Assembly (NCBI GenBank): GCA_002505775.1
Contig: DAVY01000009.1
Coordinates: forward strand, 101,614-165,613
DNA: 64,000 nt
Source of the DNA: Euryarchaeota archaeon UBA130
GTDB lineage: Archaea > Thermoplasmatota > Poseidoniia > Poseidoniales > Thalassarchaeaceae
Reading direction: 5' to 3'
Shown here piece by piece: positions 22,969-32,685 of this stretch. Below the pieces are notes generated by a model that saw only the letters and a program-made list of their open reading frames with translations, searched no databases and was not told the DNA's origin. A program made the translations under genes and the position numbers. Numbering within the stretch: position 1 is the stretch's first letter; each line of letters starts with the position of its first letter.

Positions 22969-24798
22969 ATGTCGAGTCAACCCCGTTCCATCCTCATATT
23001 ATATGGTTCACAGTCAGGAAACTCAGAGGAGCTTGCTGAACAGGCGGGTAAGGCCTGTTCTGCTCAAGGACTTAATCCCTCAGTCAAAGCCATGGACGAA
23101 ATTCAAATCACAGACCTTAGCTCCCAGAAGAGGGTCTTGGTATGCTGTAGCACTTGGGGGGACGGCGAACAACCAGATAACGCGGAAGATCTTTGGGAAG
23201 CTGCCAACAGTGGAGCGATATCCAGCCTCAAGGGTCTGAACTTCTCCGTTCTTGCATTAGGAGATACATCTTACGACCTTTTCTGCGAATCCGGCAAAGA
23301 GTGGGATGCATGGTTCGAAAAAATGGGTGCTAACAGGGTTCATCAACGAGTTGACTGTGATGTAGATTTTGAAGGACCCGCCGCGGAATGGACCGCTGCA
23401 GTCATTCCACTAATGGTCGCAATAGAAGACGATCCAGATGCAATGGACGAAGATTCCTCCTCAACTTCCGCAACCGAGGTTACAGTGGCTTCAATGGAAA
23501 TCCCAACCAAGACCGAGAAGTCACAATGGAACGCTAAGAATCCATACTCGACGAAAATCACCCAGAATTATGTATTAAACGGAGAAGGGTCCGGAAAAGA
23601 GACAAGACACATCGTCTTCGAACTTGGGGACTCTGGATTAAATTACAAAGCAGGGGATGCTCTCGGTGTCATCCCTAGATGCCCCCCAGAGGTTGTGGCC
23701 GAAATCCTCTCGATAACGGCCCTAACAGGTGAAGAAATAGTTGAGACATATGCGGGAGAGTGCACATTGCAAGAGGCACTAATGGACAAGTATGAAGTCC
23801 ACAGAGTTTCCAAGAAATGGATCGAGTCTCTAGGCCCCAGGCTAGTATCATCCTCCTCCAGTATCGAGATTAAGATTGTTAGTAGAAAGAGAACCTCCTC
23901 CAGAGATGGAACGCTCTTGGTCGAGTGGAAGGGCTCGGGCGAGGGAGATGATCTGCCCGAGAGATATGTGGAAATTGGCATGCCCTCCAATCCATCCGAA
24001 GCTCTCTGGAATGAACTAACATCCGATTCCAAAGCGATGGAAGACTACATGTGGTCCCGTGATTACGTTGATGCACTTTCGGACTTTGGTCATATAGGAT
24101 TCAGCGCTCAACAATTAATTGAAGGAATGGATCGATTGAAGCCTAGGCTTTACTCCATTGCCAGCAGTCCTGACCATGAGCCCGGGACCGTTCATTTGAC
24201 CGTTGGAATTGTCAGGTACAATCATCATGAAAGGGACAAGACTGGACTCTGCACAGGTTTCCTAGCCGACAGATGTCAAGTCGATGAAACTGATATTGGG
24301 GTATTCATGTCTCCAACCAGATCATTCGTGCTTCCCTCCGATGGCTCCGTGGATGCGATCATGGTCGGACCGGGAACGGGAATTGCTCCTTTCAGGGCAT
24401 TCCTTCAGCAAAGAGACATTAACGGAGACACAGGTAGAAACTGGCTCTTCTTCGGAGATTGGACTGAAGAAGGGGAGTATTATTATCGAGACGAAATGGA
24501 GTCTTGGAAAGAAAGAGGAGTCTTGGACAAGCATGACCTTGCTTGGTCCAGACAGGGATCAGAAAAGGTGTACGTCCAGCACCTGATGAAGAAGAATGGG
24601 GAAGAGATTTGGAAATGGATTGATGGTGGAGGTTATTTCTATGTCTGTGGAGATAAGAATTACATGGCGAAAGACGTACACACAACACTCATTGAGATAT
24701 GCTCAGAGTTCGGTTCAATGACTCCAGATGAAGCAAAGGATTTCGTCGAAACCAAGCTAATGAAAACAGAGAAGAGATATCTAAGAGATGTCTACTGA
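22969..24798 (+). CDS. diflavin reductase (sulfite reductase flavoprotein CysJ / cytochrome P450 reductase-like)
   Basis: 609 aa. Flavodoxin-like ILYGSQSGNSEELAE and LGDTSYDLFC. FAD-binding RLYSIASSP. NADPH-binding GPGTGIAPFRAF and YFYVCGD. C-terminal YLRDVY. Confidence 0.85.
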   Translation: MSSQPRSILILYGSQSGNSEELAEQAGKACSAQGLNPSVKAMDEIQITDLSSQKRVLVCCSTWGDGEQPDNAEDLWEAANSGAISSLKGLNFSVLALGDTSYDLFCESGKEWDAWFEKMGANRVHQRVDCDVDFEGPAAEWTAAVIPLMVAIEDDPDAMDEDSSSTSATEVTVASMEIPTKTEKSQWNAKNPYSTKITQNYVLNGEGSGKETRHIVFELGDSGLNYKAGDALGVIPRCPPEVVAEILSITALTGEEIVETYAGECTLQEALMDKYEVHRVSKKWIESLGPRLVSSSSSIEIKIVSRKRTSSRDGTLLVEWKGSGEGDDLPERYVEIGMPSNPSEALWNELTSDSKAMEDYMWSRDYVDALSDFGHIGFSAQQLIEGMDRLKPRLYSIASSPDHEPGTVHLTVGIVRYNHHERDKTGLCTGFLADRCQVDETDIGVFMSPTRSFVLPSDGSVDAIMVGPGTGIAPFRAFLQQRDINGDTGRNWLFFGDWTEEGEYYYRDEMESWKERGVLDKHDLAWSRQGSEKVYVQHLMKKNGEEIWKWIDGGGYFYVCGDKNYMAKDVHTTLIEICSEFGSMTPDEAKDFVETKLMKTEKRYLRDVY

Positions 24799-24860
24799 TG
24801 CGTTGTTATGCAATCATTCTTCCGATTCAATCATAGGTCCCCCTTATCACCGTCGCCCTG

Positions 24861-26204
24861 ATGTTTAGGAGGGTACTCATCGCAAACAGGGGAGAGATAG
24901 CCCTCAGAATTCTTCGCTCCCTTAGGGTAATGGGAGTCGAAGTAGTTACCATCCACGGTAAGGAAGATCGACTGTCGCTTCCAGTTAGACTTGCTGATGA
25001 GTCAGTATATATCCCTCGCTCAGATCCACTCGCATCTTACCTCGATATCGAGGCAATCGTAGCCGCGGCAAAGGAAGTGGGTGCGGACGCTGTTCACCCG
25101 GGATATGGTTTCCTCGCAGAGAACCCTATTTTCGCGGAAAGGTTGGAAGAAGAGGGAATCACATTCATAGGCCCTAGTCCGGATGTTCTACGTTTACTCG
25201 GAGATAAGATTGCTGCTAGAGACGCCATGGTAAAATCTGGAATTCCAGTTGCCAGGGGGTCGGACGGCCCGGTGTCCGATCCAGAGGAAGCGGCCATCCA
25301 GGCCGCAGAGATTGGCTACCCTGTGATAATCAAAGCCTCAGCAGGCGGAGGGGGGATTGGAATGCAGGTGGTGGAGTCTCCTGCTGACTTCGACAAAGCA
25401 TTGAGAATTTGTCAAGGCAGAGCAAAATCCGCCTTTGGAGATGACAGAGTTTTTCTCGAGAAATTCATTCAGGGAGCACAACACATAGAATTTCAAGTAA
25501 TTGGAGATGGTGAGCGGGCAATTCACCTAGGAGAAAGATTCTGCTCTATCCAGAGAAGACATCAAAAGATTCTGGAAGAAGGGCCTTGGCTGTCAGAGGA
25601 AGTCAGGGCTGACCTAGGCTCCAAAGTAGTTGAAGGGGCCAAGGCAGTGGGATACAAGGGACTGGCAACATTTGAATTCCTAAGGGACTCAAATGGTGAT
25701 TTTTACTTCCTTGAAGTAAATCCTAGGGTACAGGTCGAACACACCGTAACTGAGATGATTACAGGTACAGATCTAGTATCGATGGGAATCAGAGTGGCTG
25801 CTGGGGAAGGAATACCATTGAAGCAAGATGAAATACGAATCAGTGGCCATGCAATCCAGACTAGGATCAATGCAGAGAACCCAAGGACCCTTTCGCCCTC
25901 CCCCGGAAGACTTTGGGAGTGTCATTGGCCTAGCGGACCAGGCGTAAGAGTAGACTCCCATGCCCACACCGGGTATGATATGCCAGCTTCCTTCGACTCA
26001 TTGTTAGCGAAAATAATAGTATGGTCACCCAGCAGGGCCGAGGCCATCTCGAGGATGAAAGCAGCTTTGGATGAGACCATGTTGCTAGGGGTGGATACCC
26101 TTATACCGCTACACAAAGCAATCCTGGAAAATGAAGATTTTCTTTCAGGAGATATCACAATAAGATTTCTGGAAGAGCACCCAAACCTCCTCGGAGGCGA
26201 GTGA
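24861..26204 (+). CDS. accC: biotin carboxylase (acyl-CoA carboxylase BC subunit)
   Basis: 447 aa. RVLIANRGEIA, HPGYGFLAEN, ATP-grasp KASAGGGGIGMQVV, EVNPRVQVEHTVTE. Confidence 0.9.
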   Translation: MFRRVLIANRGEIALRILRSLRVMGVEVVTIHGKEDRLSLPVRLADESVYIPRSDPLASYLDIEAIVAAAKEVGADAVHPGYGFLAENPIFAERLEEEGITFIGPSPDVLRLLGDKIAARDAMVKSGIPVARGSDGPVSDPEEAAIQAAEIGYPVIIKASAGGGGIGMQVVESPADFDKALRICQGRAKSAFGDDRVFLEKFIQGAQHIEFQVIGDGERAIHLGERFCSIQRRHQKILEEGPWLSEEVRADLGSKVVEGAKAVGYKGLATFEFLRDSNGDFYFLEVNPRVQVEHTVTEMITGTDLVSMGIRVAAGEGIPLKQDEIRISGHAIQTRINAENPRTLSPSPGRLWECHWPSGPGVRVDSHAHTGYDMPASFDSLLAKIIVWSPSRAEAISRMKAALDETMLLGVDTLIPLHKAILENEDFLSGDITIRFLEEHPNLLGGE

Positions 26205-26205
26205 C

Positions 26206-27168
26206 TTGGAGATGGTAATAGTTGGAACCATCGCACATGATGACATCGAGACCCCCTCGGAGAAAGCAAACGGAATCCTTGGTGGCTCTGCCCCTCATTC
26301 TGGACTGGCGGCCTCATTCCACCTCAGGCCCCCTCCGGGACACCCCCCTAGAATTGGGATAGTCAGTGTTGTAGGTCAGGATTTCTCGACATATCACCAG
26401 ATGGTATTAGAAGACGCAGGCCTGAACCTCGCAGGCGTAGCACTTAGTGAGGGAGAAACCCCTCGGAGGTATCTGAAATACGATTCAGAAATGGCCATAA
26501 TGGGTTTGCCCAGAACAGAACCTAATGTTTTAGATGGCTTCTCCCCATTTTTGCCACAGGCATGGACCAGTCCTGAAGTTCTCCTATGTGCAGATTCAAA
26601 TCCAAGCATCCAGCTTGAGGCTCTAAATCAATCATCTGGATCTAGAATCAATGCATTGGATACTAGCAAGATTTGGATCGAAGAAGAATTTGTGAATTTA
26701 TCTAATGCGATGAGATTGTCTGATATCGTCATACTCGACGAGGATGAAGCTAACCTTATTTCGGGAGAGAAGGTTCTGACTCAATCAATTTCTTCCATCA
26801 TTTCCGGAGAGTCATTACATGGAGGCATCGCCGCAGGAAAGGGCCCTAGAAGCCTGATCGTGAAGAGAGGAAGTAGTGGGGTCTTGGCCAATCTTCCCTG
26901 TGGGACAATCGCGCTTCCGGCTTACCCCATGGAGAACCCAATAGATCCTACTGGATTCGGAGATACATTCGCAGGAGCATTATTCTCTTCCCTTGTGGGG
27001 CACGAATCTCCGCTGAATGATGTTGAGGTAATGAGGAAATCCATAGTTCATGCATCGGTTTCTGCTTCATATTGTTCAGAGGGAATAGGAACCAAGGGAG
27101 TCAGATCCCTGGGAAGAGGGAAATATCATGCTAGAGCAGATAGGTATAGAAGGATAGTCGGGATATAG
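26206..27168 (+). CDS. PfkB-family carbohydrate/nucleoside kinase
   Basis: 320 aa. C-terminal DPTGFGDTFAGA resembles PfkB signature 2. Starts 1 nt after the accC stop. Confidence 0.7.
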   Translation: MEMVIVGTIAHDDIETPSEKANGILGGSAPHSGLAASFHLRPPPGHPPRIGIVSVVGQDFSTYHQMVLEDAGLNLAGVALSEGETPRRYLKYDSEMAIMGLPRTEPNVLDGFSPFLPQAWTSPEVLLCADSNPSIQLEALNQSSGSRINALDTSKIWIEEEFVNLSNAMRLSDIVILDEDEANLISGEKVLTQSISSIISGESLHGGIAAGKGPRSLIVKRGSSGVLANLPCGTIALPAYPMENPIDPTGFGDTFAGALFSSLVGHESPLNDVEVMRKSIVHASVSASYCSEGIGTKGVRSLGRGKYHARADRYRRIVGI

Positions 27169-28836
27169 TTACTCCAATCTCCTTACGCCTGGGATGTGGT
27201 GCTTCTCTCCCTTTGACTGGGCTTTCCTAAGTTGCGAGAATTTCAGCCCCCCACTTGGAATGCTCAATTTTCGTTGTTCTTTTGCTCGTCCCATGGATAC
27301 TCTGTCGACAACAGAATACAACGCCTCCTTGGCAGAGACAGGATGAACATCTTCGACCATGGGGTGTCTCTCAATAAGATCCGCTTGATGATCTTGATCA
27401 CTCCTCAGTCTGATATACTGGGAAGTCTGAAACCTCTCCCCTACTCTGAAATTAGCCCCATCAGAATCTCCATATTGGGAAGCGTAACTGTCTTCTTTGC
27501 TATGTCTTGCCCTGCTCCTGGGCCTGAGCAAAGACTCTATCCAACTAGGTTTGCTCCTCTCCTTTATCGCTAATCCGCGACTTAATCTACCTCCATTCAT
27601 AGAAGCAACTAGACTTGAGACTCCAGGGTAGTCATGCAAATCCGTAGCTTCCCCACCCGTGTTTGTGAGAGATTTCCTTGAATCTGCTTGTTTCGCCCTA
27701 GCCTGCCTCACTATTCCTGGGACACACTCCTCCCTAACTGCCTCTTGGGTGGGACTCGGAAGTAAACCCTCCCGTCGGTAATCGGTTGTCGGTGCCCCAT
27801 GTTGTGAATGTGCCCGCCTTATCATTTCAGAACTTGAAGGCGAGATCATCCTGTCCTCATTAGTTGGGATTTTTTCGATGGGGCTATCAAAGCCAACAAA
27901 TGAGTTTGCCTTTGGCTCATGAATAACATCATCATCAAACATACCCCCAAAACCAAACATATCGGAGGGCTCATCATTGATCGTGTCAAATCCATTTTGA
28001 ATTTCAAGTGGACGCTCCTTTTCCCTGTACCAAGACGCCTCTTCCCTGCCCCACGCCCTCTCATAAGCCGAAGTTGCACTATCCCTCGATGTCTCAAAAG
28101 ACCCAACTTGTGACACAATTGGATTCGATGCTGTATCATTATTTGATACAGACTCCTCTTTCACATCCCCAAACATATTGAAATCAAAATTCACGCTCTC
28201 GGAAATCGCAGGAACCACTTCTCCTGAATCAATGATAATTTCAGCCTCTATACCACTCCCAACAGTCTGTATTTCTGGAGGAGATGGCGGCCAAGGGAGA
28301 GCCTTTGGTGCTGGCATTCCACCTGCATCTTGGAAAGCTGGAAATAAAGGAAGCTCATTTTCAATCTCTTCCAATCCTACCCTAGCTTCCTCCACACTTA
28401 ATCCTCTACGTAGCCTATCGGCCATCAGGCACAGCCTCATCAGAGAACCCTCTCTTCCCCCAATCATGTGCCTAGATTTATCATTGTCTTCTATCACGAG
28501 AACAGAGCTCCTCAAGCGGAAATAGGATAGTGAGGCAAAAGCTCCAGCCAAGGAGACGACCCAACCAATTGGTGGTACTAGGATGGAATATCCAATAGCG
28601 ACTGCTACAGCGCCAATTACAGGTGTTCCCGAAGGCAAGATTGGGATGTTTATATGCCTCATTTTGGATATCGAATTGAGATCTATCCTGAGTCCTTGGC
28701 CTATTCTGTTCTCTATGGTCAGCTGTCGCTGATTCAGAACAGCAACGAAGTTCCCTCTCATCCCGACCAAACTCAGGTTTCCAATTAGCTCAGATTCACC
28801 TTCCATTCGGTCGGGCTTATGCCCGACTGAGTACAT
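27169..28836 (-). CDS. hypothetical membrane-anchored protein with a long low-complexity region
   Basis: 555 aa. Two hydrophobic helices around residues 65-105. The remaining ~400 aa are acidic, Ser/Pro/Arg-rich and predicted to be disordered. Confidence 0.5.
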   Translation of the reverse strand: MYSVGHKPDRMEGESELIGNLSLVGMRGNFVAVLNQRQLTIENRIGQGLRIDLNSISKMRHINIPILPSGTPVIGAVAVAIGYSILVPPIGWVVSLAGAFASLSYFRLRSSVLVIEDNDKSRHMIGGREGSLMRLCLMADRLRRGLSVEEARVGLEEIENELPLFPAFQDAGGMPAPKALPWPPSPPEIQTVGSGIEAEIIIDSGEVVPAISESVNFDFNMFGDVKEESVSNNDTASNPIVSQVGSFETSRDSATSAYERAWGREEASWYREKERPLEIQNGFDTINDEPSDMFGFGGMFDDDVIHEPKANSFVGFDSPIEKIPTNEDRMISPSSSEMIRRAHSQHGAPTTDYRREGLLPSPTQEAVREECVPGIVRQARAKQADSRKSLTNTGGEATDLHDYPGVSSLVASMNGGRLSRGLAIKERSKPSWIESLLRPRSRARHSKEDSYASQYGDSDGANFRVGERFQTSQYIRLRSDQDHQADLIERHPMVEDVHPVSAKEALYSVVDRVSMGRAKEQRKLSIPSGGLKFSQLRKAQSKGEKHHIPGVRRLE

Positions 28837-28918
28837 CCCAGTTGTCGAGCGTCAGATTTCTGGTATAAGCTCTGGGGGTGATGCTTCATTCAATCGCTCT
28901 CTTACAGGGCAAACGAAC

Positions 28919-29899
28919 TCATACCGGCGATACTTCTGAAATAGTTCCGAAGATCCTCATGGGAGTGGCGTCTAATTGAACAATAATCACTACTCCGCCT
29001 CCATCCTTCCTGACTACCAGTGGGGTCTCCCAGTCAATAGTGATTAATTCACCATCCATTCCCACAACCCTGCCAACTTTGAATTGTAGATTTATGGAAG
29101 CGTGAACTATGTCATTTACGTATAAAATCCTCTTTTGAAACTTAGTTGAGTTTAGTTTGTATGTAGAAGAGTTGACCTCAGTCATTAAATCGGATCCATG
29201 ATGAATTATCAACGACCCTTTCCCCAGTGAATTCTCTTCGACACCTCTGAGCGCTACTCCGACTCTGTCTCCGGCAAAGGCTTCCTCAACATCATCGTCC
29301 ATTACCTGCAGGCTCCTCACTACGCCGTTATTCCCTCCTGGGACAATTTCTACCTGATCGTGCTTCTTTATCGAACCAGACTGAACGTACCCTATCCCCA
29401 CAACTCCTATTCCCTGAACGTTAAACCTCTGATCAATCGGAACTACAAGGACATCATCGCCTTCCCTCCCTGTATGCAATGAGAACAACTTTTCTCGAAA
29501 CTCATGTGGCTCCGGAGGCTCCTCTATTATGTCCCATTCAAGCTCCGCCTGCCGAAAAATGAATCTAACTTGATCAGGATCTATCCAACTCTCCGTTTTT
29601 TGATTAATCATTGCTACTCCCGACTCGATTCCAGAACTTTTCATTGCTACCAAAACTTCTCCGAGAGCCGCATCGATTTTTGTAACCTCAATAAATCCAA
29701 CGCTAGAGACATTGAGTACTGATAGCAGGGGCCTGATACTTTCAGGATGCTTCAGAGGCCTCAGGAGAGAGAGAATCCTAGTCTGGGTCGAGCTAGTATC
29801 CTTGAAAACATAGGAATCTATGTCTCTGGAGTCACTTTTCTTAGCCAGTAATTTAGCGAGGTCATCGGACCCATAGAATGCCACATTTACTACCGTCAT
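28919..29899 (-). CDS. EF-Tu/EF-1alpha-like protein with degenerate GTPase domain
   Basis: Strong EF-Tu domain II pattern: VVPIDQRFNVQGIGVVGIGYVQSGSIKKHDQVEIVP...AFAGDRVGVALRGV...GKGSLI. The N-terminal domain reads NVAFYGSDDLAKLLAKKS where the P-loop GHVDHGKS is expected. Start taken at M31 of the track ORF, to avoid a 74-nt overlap with the upstream gene. Confidence 0.65.
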   Translation of the reverse strand: MTVVNVAFYGSDDLAKLLAKKSDSRDIDSYVFKDTSSTQTRILSLLRPLKHPESIRPLLSVLNVSSVGFIEVTKIDAALGEVLVAMKSSGIESGVAMINQKTESWIDPDQVRFIFRQAELEWDIIEEPPEPHEFREKLFSLHTGREGDDVLVVPIDQRFNVQGIGVVGIGYVQSGSIKKHDQVEIVPGGNNGVVRSLQVMDDDVEEAFAGDRVGVALRGVEENSLGKGSLIIHHGSDLMTEVNSSTYKLNSTKFQKRILYVNDIVHASINLQFKVGRVVGMDGELITIDWETPLVVRKDGGGVVIIVQLDATPMRIFGTISEVSPV

Positions 29900-29915
29900 G
29901 GCATCACCGAGACAA

Positions 29916-30368
29916 TCATCGACGCATGGCATCACGGGCAGACTTGGCACTTTCCCATTCAGCACGCTCTTCATCGTCAGAAGGAACAAACTGAGGGACC
30001 TCTATCGGCCTCATATCGCCATCAATTGCTACCATGAAAAAATAACCTGAGCAAATCAACTCAGGGTCCCAATCTGACCTTGTCATTCTGCATGACCTAA
30101 CCAATACTCCGACAGTCCTTGGTGATGTCCAAACCACCTTTCCTATGGTCCTGATGATATCTCCCTGATATGCCGGCCTCTCGAATTTCAAAGCGTCCAC
30201 GGATACGGTGACGAACTCCTCATGGGCGAACTTGCTGGCAGCCAGCCCTGCAGCCCTGTCCATTATCGACATAAGGTGGCCTCCGAACAAAGTATTCAGC
30301 GCATTCGTATCTCCTGGAAACACCTCATCTAAGAGTACAACAGGTTCGGTAGACCGCGGCTCTCCCAT
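29916..30368 (-). CDS. acyl-CoA thioesterase (hotdog fold)
   Basis: 150 aa. VFPGDTNALNTLFGGHLMSIMDRAAGLAA is typical of YciA/Acot-type thioesterases. Confidence 0.8.
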   Translation of the reverse strand: MGEPRSTEPVVLLDEVFPGDTNALNTLFGGHLMSIMDRAAGLAASKFAHEEFVTVSVDALKFERPAYQGDIIRTIGKVVWTSPRTVGVLVRSCRMTRSDWDPELICSGYFFMVAIDGDMRPIEVPQFVPSDDEERAEWESAKSARDAMRR

Positions 30369-30477
30369 GCTCCTCGAGCTGATGCTGGGGTCTGCCCCCC
30401 TTCAATCCTCCATTAAAAATCCCAAAAAATGCACAATTCTACCGCTGTATTGAATCGAAGAATCTCCTAGGGTATGC

Positions 30478-31278
30478 ATGGATGACAACGCCTTGGCATG
30501 GAGAGAGGTAGTAATTCAGGATCCGGATGGAGGAGATTTAGTACTCTGGCCGCACCTTCCATGTGTTATCATGCCGAGTAAAGTAAGGTCTAGGAAGAAA
30601 TGGGATGGATTAGCCCTCACAATCTCCAAAAATGACTTTCTTTACATGATGGAGGATTACGAAAGGGAGAAGGAGAGCCCCGGCGCTAATGTTGAGGCCG
30701 CTATATCGTCGGGAACGCTGATATCAAGGCTATTGAAAGACCTCAGGGAGTTGGATATAGACGGTCCCCATATTCCTGACCCTGAGCCAGTTAGATTGGT
30801 ATCACATGCCGAGAATGCCAGAGGGGGCCTGCCAATATTTCTTATTGAGCCAGAAATTGATGATGAAATGTGGTTTGAATGGCTTTCCAAATGCGCGGAA
30901 ATGGAAGTTAAGATAGGATCACTGCTTTCTCGATTGACCACGTCAAAGAGGTGGAGGAAATATGCTCAAAATGCAGTATCTTTGATCCTGAAAGATAGCG
31001 ACATAGACTCAGAACTTGGAGCAGCATCAGCTACTTGCTATGCTTGGGAACAAGAATGCAACAAAGATATTGGAGAGGAGCTGATCTTGGAAAAAAATGT
31101 GCGTCTAGCGTCAAGGATTAGAGGGGCACTGGCCGATCTTAGGAGCAGTAGCATTGATGATGATGAAACCTCACAGCCTACTCTGATGGTACCCGTGCAT
31201 CAAGCCAGACTCCCATCTTTGGCAAGGGCTATCAACAACTGGCCCGAACCAGAAACAATAAGGAGAATGAAAAAATGA
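30478..31278 (+). CDS. hypothetical protein
   Basis: 266 aa and acidic. First gene of a translationally coupled trio (ATGA overlap with the next gene). No family recognised with confidence. Confidence 0.55.
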   Translation: MDDNALAWREVVIQDPDGGDLVLWPHLPCVIMPSKVRSRKKWDGLALTISKNDFLYMMEDYEREKESPGANVEAAISSGTLISRLLKDLRELDIDGPHIPDPEPVRLVSHAENARGGLPIFLIEPEIDDEMWFEWLSKCAEMEVKIGSLLSRLTTSKRWRKYAQNAVSLILKDSDIDSELGAASATCYAWEQECNKDIGEELILEKNVRLASRIRGALADLRSSSIDDDETSQPTLMVPVHQARLPSLARAINNWPEPETIRRMKK

Positions 31279-31799
31279 GCGTCACACCAAAATTCACCAC
31301 TGAGACTCAAAACTTCAGATTCATTCCAGCGGTGCCAATAAATCATGATGATGCCGTGTCTATGGCTTCTGGAACGAAGGCTGGGGACTACGTCGTTGTC
31401 TCACACGAGCAACCAAGGGCCACCTATGTTATTGAGCCCGAAGGCTCCATCCTGGTACATGGACTATCCAGGGTGGAGGTTGCAGAGTTAGCAGTTCAGG
31501 AGCTACTTCTGACAATGGGGCTTCCACTTGAGGGGCTCACTGTGGAGTCTGGAGAGCTGATTGTCAGTTTCTCATTAGGGAAGGATGTGAACTTGGAAAT
31601 TTCTGAAAGAAGGTTTGCTGATATAGAATATGACTCACGGATAGAAGCCCTCAGAATTAACGCATCACTCCACAATGCGACAATCATTCTGTTTGACAAT
31701 GGAAGAGGGGTGGTCTTGGAACAATCTTCCAGAAAGGTGTCTGAGATGGCTGTGAGGCATTGGGCAGAGAAGCTAGAGAGTGAAGATGCTTTGATGTGA
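31275..31799 (+). CDS. hypothetical protein, possible highly divergent TBP-fold (two-repeat) protein
   Basis: 174 aa, the size of an archaeal TBP. The second half, LIVSFSLGKDVNLEI...IEYDSR...ATIILFDNGRGVVLEQSS...AVRHWAEKL, aligns by eye with a TBP repeat (MVFSGDIGREFNLDV...CEYEPE...VILLFSSGKIVCSGAKS...AVRKLLREL). The first half is much weaker. Confidence 0.5.
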   Translation: MSVTPKFTTETQNFRFIPAVPINHDDAVSMASGTKAGDYVVVSHEQPRATYVIEPEGSILVHGLSRVEVAELAVQELLLTMGLPLEGLTVESGELIVSFSLGKDVNLEISERRFADIEYDSRIEALRINASLHNATIILFDNGRGVVLEQSSRKVSEMAVRHWAEKLESEDALM

Positions 31800-31800
31800 G

Positions 31801-32685
31801 ATGATGCTGGTAGATGGGAAATGGGAAGGCCCTATAGTGGACCAGCACATGCATCTGGACAGGGAAAATAGATTCATCTCTGCAGCAGAGGAGTTTTCAA
31901 GAAGCGGTGGAACGGAAATTTTTCTGGTACACAAGCCATCATTCTCAAAAACACTGCCAACAGATCTGAATGGGTACAGAGAAGTTTACAGGGACACAAT
32001 CAAGATGGCAGAAATTGTCAGGAAGAAAACCGAATTGAAAGTCAATGTCGTCCTAGGGCCCCATCCAGTAGTCTGGGATATCCAGGCCAATGATATCGGA
32101 GTCAAAGCATCTTCAGAGCTCCACATATCAGCTGTTGGACTCGCCCTCGACATGATTGAGGAAGGTGAGGCGATTTGCCTCGGAGAGGTTGGAAGGCCTC
32201 ACTATTCGGTTCCGGAAGATAGATGGACAGAGGCAAACGACCTCCTTTTGGAAATAATGAGAATGGCATCGTCCTCCAATTCCCCCGTTCAGTTACATGT
32301 CGAGGAAAACGGAAATCAGACTTGCAGAGATATTGCCACACTTTGCGATAGATCAGGATTGTCCAAGAGAAGGACAGTCAGACATTTCGCACCTTCTGAC
32401 ATCAGTTATCAAGGAACCTCGGGACTTCCGGTTACCGTTAGCATGGGAAAAGGAAGTATCGAGGGAATCTGCTCCACAATTAGCGACAATTCTTCACCAT
32501 GGGGTATGGAAACCGATTTCCTAGATGATCCCAGAAGACCAGGTGCAGTTCTGGGCCCGAAAACAATACCAAAGAGGACACACCAACTTTGTCAGGCACT
32601 TACCATCAAGGGATGGGATAAGGCTGAGATTGAGAATTGCATGCTCAATGTACATGAAAGATGGATCGAATCCACATATTTCTAA
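31801..32685 (+). CDS. TatD-related metal-dependent hydrolase (amidohydrolase superfamily)
   Basis: 294 aa. N-terminal VDQHMHLD (HxH metal site) and later QLHVEE. Starts 1 nt after the upstream stop. Confidence 0.65.
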   Translation: MMLVDGKWEGPIVDQHMHLDRENRFISAAEEFSRSGGTEIFLVHKPSFSKTLPTDLNGYREVYRDTIKMAEIVRKKTELKVNVVLGPHPVVWDIQANDIGVKASSELHISAVGLALDMIEEGEAICLGEVGRPHYSVPEDRWTEANDLLLEIMRMASSSNSPVQLHVEENGNQTCRDIATLCDRSGLSKRRTVRHFAPSDISYQGTSGLPVTVSMGKGSIEGICSTISDNSSPWGMETDFLDDPRRPGAVLGPKTIPKRTHQLCQALTIKGWDKAEIENCMLNVHERWIESTYF

